Below are positions 35,051-48,779 of a DNA stretch of 64,000 nt, piece by piece (position 1 is the stretch's first letter; each line of letters opens with the position of its first letter). This stretch comes from Octopus vulgaris. Lineage: Eukaryota. The stretch covers positions 103,850,001 through 103,914,000 of the forward strand of contig OX597814.1 in NCBI GenBank assembly GCA_951406725.2, written 5' to 3'. The notes beneath the pieces were generated by a model that was not told where the DNA came from, did not search any database, and saw only the letters and a list, made by a program, of their open reading frames with translations. Both the position numbers and the translations under genes were made by a program.

Positions 35051-38000
35051 CGGAACCATCTTGTGTGGTTTTCCTGCTGTTTCCAAGGAGATTATCAATC
35101 TTTTTAGAAGTATGTGAACTGAAATATTGAATGGTCAGAATGTGTCTTGAGGTCAAGATTCATTGAAGCAAGGACATAGTTAGAGGTAGTTAGGGTGTGG
35201 AGGTGCATAGCTTAGTGGTTAGGGTGTCTGACCCATGATCATAAGTTTGTGGTTTTGATTCCTGGACTGGGTAGTGCATTGTGTTCTTGAGCAAAACCCT
35301 TCATTTCACTTTGCTCTAGTTCACTCAGCTGACAAAAATGAGGAACTGTGGCACCTGGGCCTTTGCATGTATATGACTCATAAAAAAGGATCTTTATCCT
35401 CTTCATATATAATTAGGGAGATTGGAATATAGATGTAGGGTCATGGTTAGTTTAACTGAAACATCATAAGTAACAAATTAATTTAGATTGATAGCCATTA
35501 TTCGTTTGGTGTGGTCATAATTCCAACTGTTTCCCAGAGTTCTGTACAATTCTGTCATATTATTTCTGCGATGGATTTTGGTCACGTTGTTGCAATAAGA
35601 AATGAATTCTCTGCAATCATTCATTGATTTAAACAATTCTCTTCTCAAACATTTGTCACCATTGTCCATTGAAAATCTTTTATCAACCATACCAGTTCTA
35701 ATTAAATTTTTCTAATTTGAAACTTTTTCTGCATAGCAAGCACCTGCTCCACTCTGATTACAAACACAATAAAATCAAAATTCTAAGATTATTCAGATAA
35801 GTAGTTCATGGCTACTGTTCTCTATTCTAAACTATGTGTAACCTGTAATTCCTTGACCAACATATTGAAATTCTTGCAAACACCACAGGTTTATTAATGG
35901 GGCACATCTGAACACCTCTTTAACACCTGAAATCCCTATACCCCATAATTTGGAATTAAAACCAGCAACCTTTACCATCTTAATGTCTCATTTTACCAAA
36001 AGTAACCCTAAATGGCAATTCTTATGCATGCCCTAAACATCACTGTGGAACCTACACCACTACCCTTTAATGTTCACCTTATTCTGTCAAACGCAATCCT
36101 TATTCCGATTGTCTTGAATTAATCCTGCATTATTTTGTAACTTCAAGATTTTAATGATGTAATTGTTTATTTCTAGATTGTCATTGTAGGGTAGGTGTGA
36201 GAAGCCAGGCCGGTCTGGTCAGAGCATAAAACAAGCAAAATATTTTGGCTAGATATGGCCAGTTTAAATGCAAGAATTACTATTTCAAATAAAACAGTGA
36301 GCTGGCAGATTCTTTTGCACGCCAGGTAAAATGCTTGGTGGTATTTTGTCAGTCTTTATGTTCTGAGTTCAAATTCCACCAAAGTCGACTTTGCCTTTCA
36401 TCCTTTCAGGGTTGATAAAATAAGTACCAGTTGAGTACTGGGGTCAATGCAACTGACTTAACCCCTCCTCCAAAATTGCTGGCCTTGGGCCAAAATTAGA
36501 AGCCAGTTATTATTCCAAATAATATTTTGATATAATGTGGTGTGTTCTAGACCCAGGGATCTTGTTCAATATTTGATCAGCACCCCTGCTGGCCCCGCTC
36601 CCCCAATCTCTTTAACTGTTAACTATGATTAAATAATATAACTTGACCTTTGACTCAGTTAAATTCTCAACTACCACCATACCTTGGCTGTTGCAATGAT
36701 AAACCAACTGGAATACCACCACCAACACCACCACTACTACTAATAATAATAATAATGATGATGATGATAATCTTTAGCTCTCAGATAGAGGTTGTTAGGT
36801 AAGAGGTGAGCTTAAATAAAATAGACATGTTGTCTAGTGACAGCTTATAAAACACTTGTTAGTAACCAAACTGTTTAATAAGGTCTGTCTATTTCCACCT
36901 GTGTTTATCACTCGTTAAAAAACAGGATACAATTCTGTATAAGATTACGTACACACATATATGTAACTATATAAATCATCATCATTGAATGTCTGTTTTT
37001 CTGTGCTGGTATGGGTTGAACTGTTTGGCAGCCAGATGGTTGCACCAGGTTCCATTTGTCTGCTCTGGCCTGGTTCCTACAGCCAGATGCCCTTCCTAAC
37101 GTCAACCACTTTACTATTTTCTTTTTTGATGTGGCACCAACACCAGTGCCTTTTGCATGGCACCAGCACTGACAGTGCCATGAAATATCTTGCAAGACCT
37201 TATTCTAAAATAATATAAAATTTGGTAGGAAAAAGTGTGTCTAATGGTTAGAGATCAATATTTGAACCTAATTTGATCGCATTCACTTCCAACCACAGGG
37301 TTTCGAGTTCAATCCCACTGCATTGCACCTTGGGCAAGAGTATTCTATTATAGCCTCAGACCAACCAAAGCCTTGAAAGTGGATTTGATAGATGGAAACT
37401 CAAAGAAGCCTTTACATGTATGTGTGTGTGAGTGAGTGTATGTTTCTGTTTCTTTGTCTTCATGCCATCTGATAATCGTAAATAGATGTCACTGTCGTAT
37501 AAACAGTGTCATATGTTTCCAATTCTAAGCAAAAGTGTGTCTGTATCCATATTATCTTGCTTGGAAACAGGTGTCTGTTGGCAATGAGAAAGATATCCAA
37601 CTGTAGAAAATCTATCCAATCAACACATTCAATCCATGCAAGCATGGAAAAGTGAATATATCATCATCACCATCATCATCATCGTTTAACGTCCGTTTTC
37701 CATGCTAGCATGGGTTGGATGGTTCAACTGGGGTCTGGGAAGCCAGAAGGCTGCGCCAGGCCCAGTCTGATCTGGCAGTGTTTCTACGGATGGATGCCCT
37801 TCCTAACGCCAACCACTCCGTGAGTGTAGTGTGTGCTTTTTACGTGCCACCTGCACAGGTACCAGGTGAGGCTGGCAACAGCCACAATCGGATGGTGCAT
37901 TTTACATGCCACCGGCACAGAGGCCAGTCGGGGCGGCGCTGGCAACGGCCACGTTCGGATGGTTCTCTTACGTGCCATCGGCACTGGTATCACAGCTACA

Positions 38001-39385
38001 ATTTCCATTGATGTTGATCTTCATTTTCATTTTTACTTGCCTCAACAGGTCTTCACAAGTAGGGCTTGTGTCACAAGAAGGAAAGGTATGCATAAGTGGG
38101 CCACAGTTGTCTAGTATGTAATAAAATGTGTAAAAGCTTGGCTGGGCTTAAAAGTCATATAAGAGCATCACATGGCAACAATCATGAATCATTTCAGTAA
38201 GTCTTCTTGGCAATGGCTTTTCTAGTTTAACGTGGATGCAGCTATCATATGATATATATATATATATATATTTTCTTCAGTATCATTATCATCATTTAAT
38301 GTCAGCCTTCCATGCTAGCATGGGTGGGATGGTTTCACAAGAACCAGCCAGGCAGAAGCCTGCACCAGACTTTTTATATATATTTAATACTTTAATAGAG
38401 ATTGAGTGTACAGAAATGTATGACTGCAGCCCTTATGTTTAGAGCTTGTCTTAGATTATCCTAATCCAGTCTGCTTCCTGTAGAGTTGTCAAATAACTTC
38501 TATCCTGAATGGTGTTACCAGTTATGAACTACAAAGTAAATGGAAGGAGAATAACGGTAAGCTCAAGTTTTATAATATAAACTTGTATTTATCCTTTTTT
38601 TCTTCTGATTAATACTTGAACAAAGTTTCATTAACTTCATAAATTTGGTCATAATGAAATTTGAAACCACCGTTTCATTAGTTGATTGTTGATATTCCAT
38701 TGCTGAGGTAAAATGGTTAGTTCATAGGTTTACAGTTCAAATCTCAATGAAGCAGTTAATTTTGTGTTTAGAGTTCCACATTTAATTGAACATTATTGTT
38801 GATAGGAACATACATTTTTTTTTTTTAGGATTTTACTTAATTGAGATCAGTGTCCCACACCAGGGAAAGGTTTTTTTTTTTGTTTGTCTCATGTGCTCAA
38901 TGCCATAAAACTAGAGCTAATGAGTCCCTTGTGGTGTCTGTGATAATGGTGTCTGTTAGCCTTGGTCAGTCACAGTCCAGTTGACCTTTTCAAAATGACT
39001 GTTTCATAAATCCAGTGTACTTCAGTTTCACTGAGTACCATATGACGGATCACTTTGTACTTTGATATAGAAAGGTACATCATAAAGAATAAAGTATGAT
39101 AGTGTGGACATGGTGTTATATTTTCTCCACTGTTCTGTCTATTCCTGGTTGGCTGTAGGTTCTAATAGTTGCCAATGTGGAGGAGAGAGAGAGAGCAAGT
39201 GAAGTGTGACCATTGTAATATCTTTCTACTGTTCTCTGTTGCTCTACAAGCCAGGTACCATGTTTGAAGTCATTAAAACTGCTGTTATTGTTTGATGGAC
39301 TCCTGTCCACAGAGGGCAGTCCGTTACAGCCAAGCATCTCTTGGCCAAATACCAAAATGTCTCTGGCAACACATCTGCTTCTCTT

Positions 39386-39441
<56 letters not shown>

Positions 39442-40584
39442 ACACACTGGTGTCTCTGTTAAAAATTCATGTCCTCTGTTGTTCCGTTACAAACAGTTAT
39501 TTTGATAACACTATTTCTTCTTAGCTGTCTCTTTGAGATAACAATAACAACAAACAATACTTAAAAATAACAACTGCAATGTTTAGTAAATGTTAAAGCT
39601 ACCATATTTAACTTCCATGTTGGCTTCATGCTATCTTTTTGTTGTTGTTGTAGCTAGAGATGCTATGACTCACACAACCACAATAATTGTCTTCTCTGCA
39701 AGTTTCACTCTATCTTTAGCCATCCTCTCAGTCAGCCTGACCTCTTTCAAACAACAACATTTTTCTACCCTTTTTGTTTTCTTTTGTTCTAATTTGCATA
39801 ATTTATGCAATGTATAGGATGTTGATGTAATCTACTCGCCCCCACCTATTCACTTAATCGTTTAAATACCTGCATAGATAATTAAAGATTTATCTACACT
39901 AACTCAAAAGAATATATATATATATGGGGGGGGGAGTACCATCCGAGCGTGGCCGTCAGCCAGCCTCGTCTGGCACCTGTGTCGGTGGCACATAAAAAAC
40001 ACCATCCGAGCGTGGCCGTCTGCCAGCCTCGTCTGGCACCTGTGTCGGTGGCACATAAAATCACCCACTACACTCTCGGAGTGGTTGGCGTTAGGAAGGG
40101 CATCCAGCTGTAGAAACACTGCCATATCTGACTGGCCTGGTGCAGCCTTCGGGCTTGCCAGACCCCAGTTGAACCGTCCAACCCATGCTAGCATGGAAAG
40201 CGGACGTTAAACGATGATGATGATGATGAACTCATCAAAAACATATTTTCCTCTCATTTCCTGAGTTTCTCTTTGACTTAGGTTCTTCTTCACAACCTTT
40301 TTTTATTATTGTCATTAATAATAATAATCCTTTCAACTCTAGGGATAAGGCCTGAAATTTTGGGGGAAGGGACTAGTCGATTATATTAGCCCCAGTACTC
40401 AACTGATGCATATTTTGTATACCCCTAAAGGATCAAAGGTAAAAACACCCTTGGCAGGAACACAAAACCTGAGGAAATGCCATTAAGCATTTTGTCTGGG
40501 AATGGTAAGGATTCTGCCACCTCACTGCCTCACTACTTCTACTACTACTACTACTACTACCACTACTACTACTACTACTACTAA

Positions 40585-42750
40585 TCATCATCATCATCAT
40601 CATCGTTTAATGTTCGCTTTCCATGCTAGCATGGGTTGGACGGTTCAACTGGGGTCTTGGAAGCCAGAAGGCTGCGCCAGGCCTAGTCTGATCTGGCAGT
40701 GTTTCTATGGCTGGATGCCCTTCCTAACTCCAACCACTCCGTGAGTGTAGTGTGTGCTTTTTACGTATCACCGGCACAGGTGCCAGATGAGGCTGGCAAA
40801 TGGCCACGATCGGATGATGCTTTTTACATGCCACTGGCACGGAGGCCAGTCGGGGCAGCGCTGGCAATGGCCATGTTCGGATGGTTCTCTTACGTGCCGC
40901 CAGCACAGTTATCACTGCTACAATTTCCATTGATGTTGATTGATTTCGATTTTCACTTGCCTCAACAGGTCTTCACAAGTAGAGTTTTGTGTCACAAGAA
41001 GGAAAGGTATGCATAAGTGGAGTGGCTACATCCCAGGTAGAGGCCACGGGTTATGGTCTCACTTGTCCTGCTGGGTCTTCCCATGCACAGCATACTTCCA
41101 AAGGTCTCGGTCTCTTGTCATTTCCTCGGTGAGACCTAAAGTTCAAAGGTCATGCTTCACCACCTTGTCCCAGGTTTTCCTGGGTCTACCTCTTCCACAG
41201 GTTCCCTCAACCACTAGGGTGTAGCACTTTTTCACGCAACTATCTTCATCCATTCTCACTACATGACCATACCAGCGCAAACGTCTCTCTTGCACACCAC
41301 AACTGATGCTTCTTAGGTCCAACTTTTCTCTCAAGGTACTTACACTCTGTCAAGTATGAATACTGACATTACACATCTATCAGAGCATACTGGCTTCATT
41401 TCTTGCGAGCTTACGCATATCCTCAGCAGTCACGGCCCATGTTTCACTGCCATGTAGCATGGCTATTCGTACACATGCATCATACAGTCTGCCTTTTATT
41501 CTGAGCGAGAGGCCTTTTGTCACCAGCAGAGGTAAGAGCCCTCTGAACTTTGCCCAGGCTATTCTTACTCTAGCAGTTATACTTTCAGCACACCCACTCC
41601 TGCTACTGACTTGGTCACCTAGGTAACGGAAACTATCAACAATTTCTAGTTTTTCTCCCTGGAATGTGGCAGAAGTTGGTCTCTGTGCATTTTCAGTGTT
41701 TATTGCTCCTGAGCATCTGCCACATACAAAAACTATCTTCCTAGTTACCCTTCCTTTGACATTGCTGCACCTCTTATGTGTCCATAGCTTACACTTGATG
41801 CACCTTATAGAGTTTCTACCTACGCCTTTTCTACAGATCAAGCAGGGCCATCTACCTGAAGGCGTTTGTGATTTGCCTGCCTTCCTACTTATTAGGACTT
41901 TGGTTTTAGCTAGGTTGATTTTAAGGCCCTTCGATTCTAATCCTTGTCTCTACACTTGAAACTTTTCCTCTAGTTCTGATAGTGATTCAGCAATTAGAGC
42001 AAGGTCATCAGCATATAGGAGCTCCCAGGGGCATCCTGTCTTGAATTCCTCCGTTATTGCCTGGATGACTATGATAAATAGGAGGGGGCTGAGGACTGAA
42101 CCTTGGTGGACCCCTACGTCTACCCTGAATTCTTCAGTGTACTCATTGCCAACCCTCACCTTACTTACAGCGCCTCTGTACATGGCTTGCACAGCTCTCA
42201 CTAACCATTCATCTATCCCTAGTTTCCTCATTGACCACCAGATAAGGGATCGGGGGACCCTATCAAAGGCTTTCTCCATGTCAACGAAAGCTAGGTACAG
42301 GGGCTTATCTTTGGCTAGGTATTTCTCCTGCAGCTGTCTTACCAGAAATATGGCATCAGTGGCACTTTGCATCCTCATTTAGCGCACATTTCTCTCCTAC
42401 CACATCACGATTCTCTCTCACACACTGTCTTGTCACACGAAATACCTCAAGTCTTTGGTCCTCACGGCGTAGAACATTGGCAAATTTTTTCTTATCTGCT
42501 TCCCCTCTGGCTAAATAAACCTGCCTCCTAGCTTCACTTTTGGCAGTCTGATACAGTTCCCTGCTACCACCATTCTTCCAGTCCTTCCTAGCCTGTCTCT
42601 TTTCTCTAATAGCCCTATCTACAACATTGTTCCACCACCACGTTATTTTGGGTCGAGAGGGGACTTTGCACCAACTACAGATCTGGTCAGTGGCTCTCAG
42701 CAGGTTGTCCCTTAGAAACCTCTAGTTGTCCGTTGTCCCTTAGAAACCTC
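40585..42750 (-). mobile_element. 5'-truncated RTE-clade LINE with a PHD-like finger after the RT core; internal deletion near 42368
   Basis: LYLAFVDMEKAFDRVPR, GVHQGSVLSPLLF, ELLYADDL, VDSFRYLGD, MLHGSETW, RRLRWYGHVVRM, RGRPRKTW; (GAT)n 3' tail; a few stops and frameshifts. Confidence 0.93.
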
Positions 42751-42769
42751 AATAATAATAATAACAACA

Positions 42770-42975
42770 TCTGCACTAGTGGGTCATGTGATGCGGATGG
42801 ATGAGGACAGTTTCATAAGGACTTGCTGATCACTAAAAGTGGAAGGAAGTCGTGGGAGAGGGAAACCCAGGAAGACAGGAGACAAAATCTTGAAGAGTAA
42901 CCTCAAAATGCTGAGCCTTACGAAGAAGTTGACTGAGGGCTAAGATATGTGGTGCATTGCTGTACTTGAGAAGCC
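42770..42975 (+). mobile_element. Older RTE C-terminal fragment in the opposite orientation
   Basis: WGHVMRMDEDS...VEGSRGRGKPRKT. Confidence 0.75.
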
Positions 42976-43378
42976 CTGTTGTGTCTGGGGAGAGTCATTT
43001 TCTTTTTGTGCTTTATAATTTAACACACTCTTCGGTAAAATTTCCACTTATTTCTTATTTTAATTTTCCTAAAATTTTCGTTGCGTCTTGCAACCTTTTC
43101 AATAGTCCTGACTCCATTCACTCAATCATTTAAATGTACGACTGTGGCTGTTAGCAACTCTGGTGTTGTTTTCTGTTTTCAAGACTATTGAAAAGGTTGC
43201 AAAATGCAATGAAAATTTTAGGAAAATAAAAATAAGAAATAAGTGGAAATTTTACCAATGAGTGTGTTAAATTATAAAGCCCAAAAAGAAAATGACTCTC
43301 CCCAGACACAACAGAATATGCTTCAACACACAAACTCATGTAAATTATCTTGCAAACCACATCCAAAAATGAAATTAT
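42976..43378 (+). mobile_element. Fold-back-plus-tail element, copy 2 (75-nt spacer)
   Basis: Arms 42976-43107 and 43183-43314; same arms and tail as copy 1. Confidence 0.88.
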
Positions 43379-45299
43379 TAAATTTAATAATCTTTATGAT
43401 TTTTATTTAAAAGAAAAAAAAATTAATTATCTATGTTAGCACTGATTAGCATTTGTGCAGACTTTGACATGACACTAATTAACAAAATATCACAGAACAG
43501 ATACAGTTTGCTTTCTAATACCATCCTGGCATTTAATTTATTAAACCTGCTGAGATAAAAGAAATGCAAAAGCCATGTGATCATATTTGTAATTATTCTG
43601 TTTTAATGTGAGGTTGATAATTGGTGATGGGGCTGTCCGTTGCACATACACAAAATAACCTTTGTCTCTGGGCAATTATTCTGTTTTTGGTTAAAACTTG
43701 ATATTCAGTTAGATTTATCATGAAAAGCATCCCTTTCCTCAGCTTAAAGCATGTGATCTGACACTTTATGAGGTAGACACTTAAATGTATCGGCCACTCC
43801 CTGACAGGTTCATGGTCAAGCCTGTGGTAGTGGAGGCCACCAGTGTTCGTGACCCCCTCCTCTCCAAACCACCTTCCTCTTCCCCGTTATCGAAGCAGAG
43901 ATGGCTATATGCAAGCGCAAGTCCCATGAAGAAGAAAAAAGATATGATTCAGGCAGAGCCCTTCATCAAATTTAGAATACTCTCTATGTATAAACAAAAT
44001 TAACTTTTGTAAAATGATAGTTGAATATGACATTGTTTATCAAGTGACTCACATTTGCAAGCTGTTCACTCGATCGTTTAAATGTACGACTAGGGCTGTT
44101 GGCAACTCTGCTCTTGTTTTCTGCTTTCAATTACGTTTATCTTCGAGTTAAATATTTAAGTGGTTTCAAATGCTTTCAGACGTTAGCTGTTTATGTAGAA
44201 ACTAATTTTATTAATAACATTGAGACAACACTTTCCTCATTAACCCTTCTCTAATTCTTAAACGATATCCATTTCTGTTACTCCTGCTGTCTATCTTTCA
44301 TATCATAATTTACATTGATGACTAATCATTGATGATCAATGACTGATCAGCTTGTTTAGCTTTTAATCCAGCTGAACATTAATGCTGCTCTAACTAAATA
44401 ATAGATTAACATTATTAATATTTACAGCCTTGTAACTAAACAGATATGTAAACTTGTTTTTTTTTACATCATACATATATATTTCAATGTGTGTGTGTGT
44501 TTGTGTAACTGTGTGTGTACAAGCACAGGTGTGGCTGTGTGATAAGATGCTTGCTTCCCAACCAAATGGCTCTGAGTTCAGTGGCACCTTGGGCAAGTGT
44601 CTTCTACTGTAGCCTGAAGCTGACCAAAGCCTTGTGAGTGGATTTGGTAGAAGGAAGCTGGAAGAAGTGTGTGTGTGTGTGTGTCTTTTGCACACACTCA
44701 CTCCCATCAGCTTGACAACTGCTATTGGTGTATTTGCATCCCCATAACTTTGCAGTTCAGCAAAAGAGATTGATAGAATAAGTACTAAGCTTAAATTTAA
44801 AAAAGTCCTGGGGTTGATTCATCTAACTACAAATTCTTGAAGGCATTGGTGCCCCAGCATGGCCACAGTCTAGTGGCTGAAACAAGTAAAAGATAAAAAA
44901 AACATATAACCCATGTAGTTTGTGTGGTTGTTTAAAGTGAAGAAGGGTTTTTCACCACCAACCCACTCTCTCGTCCCTGGCCCTTTTGAATTCAGTGGTA
45001 AGACTTGGTCCAGACAACTTGGGATCGAAATAGCTGCAGTGAATGGCCAAGATATCTTCCTTTGCTGCATATTGCTCTCTGCACTCTACAATGTGTTGCT
45101 ATGGCCACCTTCCTCTCCATTCTGTCATGAAGGTTTCTTCCTCTTAGTCTATCGAATCTACTCTTCATATGCATTGGTAGGCCAGCCTTGGACATAGTTT
45201 TATACCTATTGGTTACTTTGTCATGCAGAGTGAATTGAAAATACACCGGAGTGTTTAGTTATCTGTCAAGTCACAACAAGGACACAACAGACAGATAAT

Positions 45300-46403
45300 A
45301 CTTTCCTTAAAATGTGCCGACTGATATTCGCATGGTATTCCCCACTGCTTTAAGAAGCCTTGAAGAGTCAATGGGATTGCCCCTAAATGTCCTGAACACA
45401 ACTGGTATCACTTTAACATTCCCCTCTCACATTCCAGGAAAACTTGCTATCTCCACTTTCAATTAAGACTAATTCCTGATTTGTTCCAACCTCATTACTT
45501 ACAAAACTCGTGTCATTTCCTATGGCTACATTTAATAACCTAACAGTGTTTGTCTGTCTTCTTCCATACAACAATGTCCGATCGGGGATGCTTGATTGCT
45601 CTCAGTCAGAAAATAATAATCCCACATTTTCATTGCTTTCCCATTATTATTCTCTTTATCACAGGTTTTGTTGGAGCTCCTGGAGTCTTGCATGCGCAGC
45701 AGGCTTTCCACCTGCAGCCTACAGTACCATGCTATCTGTTCTTTTCAGCTATCTAATACTTTCTTGATTATTCTGGCTGTGCCAAGGAGGCAAACCTTTT
45801 GTAACAGTTCTACTAGGCACTCTATTCCAATTACCTTTATATTCCTCTTTGATGCCTTCTGATACTGTCTACAAGGACCCAAAAATAATTGGCACTATCT
45901 TCAGATTCTTCATTTTCCATAGTCAAGCTATTTCGTATTTAAGAGGGTTCTATCTATCTTCTCGCCTTCCTCCATGACTATTCATGGATCAAAGAGGTAT
46001 GCAACATCAACTATATAGCATATGTGGTGCATCTTGTCCACCACCACTAGGTCCGGTCTGTCATGCTCTTGCACCTGATCTGTTTGGATTGGGAAATCTC
46101 AGAGAACTTTGCTGGTCTCTGACCCTGCCACTCTCTGTGGTTTGTGCTCATACCACGTCTTGTTTCTCTCTAACCCCCTACTTTTCACACAGTTTCCAAT
46201 GTAACACTTTCGCTACCTCATCATGTCGCCACAACTTGTAGTGGTTTTGGGCTGTTATTATCATTATTATTATTATTGTTGTTGCACTTGTCAGAACACT
46301 TGGTCTTGTTTGCTCTGGTTGATTTTGTGTGAGCAGACAGCAGCCTATTGTCAGCAGTCTCACAGGGTCTCTTATTATATAATAACAATGATAATTATTG
46401 TTG

Positions 46404-46438
<35 letters not shown>

Positions 46439-47523
46439 GTATTAAAACTCACAGCTTATATTGCTGGGTATGATGGAAAGTTTCAGTTGTCCATAGCCAG
46501 CAGACTAAGGTGACACTTGTTTTACTGGTCATGCTTCAAGAACCCTGCGAAGAATTCTTGCAGTTCCAAGCCATTCTGATTTTTTTAATTCTCATTTCCT
46601 TATTGAATTGCATTTTATTTCCTCTTTCGACAGGGTCTCAACCAGAGACCTAAGGCATGTATCATTATTATCATTATTATTTGTTTGGCTTTTGCTTTCT
46701 ATTTGTACAAGTTGACTCCATGTCTCACCAAGAGGTGTCAAGAGACAAGTTAGAAGTTCAAGCTGGTATTAGGACTATGGTGGCATATTTTTGGTTTTGC
46801 ATGCGGTATTGCTCCAGAGAATGTCTGTCAAAACATTAGAAAATTAAGTTTGTTTTTAAAATAATTTGATAAGATAAATGTTAGTGTGATGTTAAGATGA
46901 CAGTAAAATGGTGTTTGCTATTATGAACTTGTAAAAGATTAAAATGTTTTTGGAATCACATGGACAATATTTTTCATAGGTTATTAGCAGTTCCCATAAG
47001 CACTATTTTAAAAGATTTCTTTCATTTTGGGATTTCCTGATGTCTGAGATAGGTAACAATCAGCCCCTTTTGCGATCATTCCTTTTATTATTGTTGTTAT
47101 TCACTTAACTTCCCCTGGTTTATCTCTGTCATGTCTGAGCTCCATCTTGCAGAGTCAGTCGCAACACTTTCTTCGACACATGACCTGTTCCAAGTATTGC
47201 CTCCACCTGAGTACTTCCTATGAAGTTTGGCATTTGCACCTTTTCAAGCCAGAATGTTACTCTCTTTGAGATGGTTCCAAGTGCACCAATCGCATTATGT
47301 ACTACACTCACTTTTGAGGCTCCATGGATTCTTTTCACTTCCAATCCTAGATCTTGGTACTCCCTGACTTTATTCTCTTCTATCTTCACAATATTCTGAT
47401 CTGCAAGTATAGCTATGATGATGATGAATGTCCATTCTTTGGATTCCTTCCTTATGACAATGATATCTGGTGTGTTATGTTGCAGCTTTTTGTCTGTGTA
47501 GATTGGCATATCCCATGACAGTT
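45300..47523 (-). mobile_element. Cluster of ~4 R4/Dong-like LINE 3' fragments next to (TAA)n tracts
   Basis: RHDEVAKVLHWKLCEK (46178-46250), LGTARILRRVL (~46530-46575), WDMPIYTDKKLQHNTPDIIVI...YQDL...IGALGTI (47129-47520); a further relic at 45300-45610. Confidence 0.8.
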
Positions 47524-48080
47524 TATTATTATTATTATTAAATTCATGTTGACTGAGATTTTAAGCTTCATTTGGTGTTTCTTTTACTGTTTTAAAGTTT
47601 TTCCTCTTTTGTTTTCTAGAGTGTCAGACCAATAATTTCTTATTTTTTTCCTTTCCTCCCCCCCCTCTCTCTCACTCACACACATACATCGGTTCTTTCC
47701 CTTCCTGCAGATCAAGTGAGAATGCTTCCTTTCCTGGAATTGAAACAACTCCTTCCTACACCTGACTGGAAATATATTCATTCGCTTCAGTCCCCTCCCA
47801 CCTTTGTATTGAGAATTCACTTCAACAGTGGTCTTCCCTTTTCCTCTAAAATATGGGACCTACTGATGCTGACCTCGCAAAATATGGGGCCTTGTCAATT
47901 TCATTCTGATCTCTAAAAATATGTGACCCTGGTTGGAATTAAACTGACAAGGTCACACATGTTGGAAGGTCAAAACTGAATTGACCATGGTACTTGATTG
48001 CTATCTATTAACCCTAGCACATGCTTGGTATTCAATATATTGGTCATGCAAAATTAAGTCAACTGCAGGGGGTGCCTCCT

Positions 48081-48370
48081 TCATCACTCTTGTCTGCCAC
48101 TCATCACTCTTGTCTGCCACTCATCACTCTTGTCTGTCACTCATCACTCTTGTCTGTCACTCATCACTCTTGTCTGCCACTCATCACTATTGTCTGTCGC
48201 TCATCACTATTGTCTGCCGCTCATCACTATTGTCTGTCGCTCATCACTATTGTCTGTCGCTCATCACTATTGTCTGTCGCTCATCACTATTGTCTGTCGC
48301 TCATCACTATTGTCTGTCACTCATCATTCTTTTCTGCCACTCATCACTCTTGTCTGCCACTCATCACTCT
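48081..48370. repeat. 20-bp minisatellite, ~14.5 copies
   Basis: Unit TCATCACT(C/A)TTGTCTG(C/T)C(A/G)C. Confidence 0.96.
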
Positions 48371-48716
48371 TTCTTTTATCTTTGTTAAGAAATACAGCAT
48401 TTTTTTCAGTTTATTAATGTTGATATTCAGTTTACGGAATTTGGTAAGCACTTGTAGAATACGTCCATCTTTATTCTTTTAATGTCCTCTTTTTCAAGCT
48501 TGCATGGCTTAGGTGGAACTTGTTGAGGCAGCTTTTCTACAATTGGATGTCCTTCCTGTTGCCAATGTTCACCTTTTACCAAACAAGGTAATAGTTTCCC
48601 ATGACCAGACGTATTTTTCATGGAGGACTTGAAATGAACAACACTGCTTGTATGATGGGGATGCTCATTTACAATTATTACATGGTATCAAGACGTGGGT
48701 ACATACTAACATGCAT

Positions 48717-48779
<63 letters not shown>

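Noticed and set aside
47981-48482. Cys/His-rich repetitive ORFs in three frames
   Set aside because: They arise from the 20-bp minisatellite; the unit is not a multiple of three.
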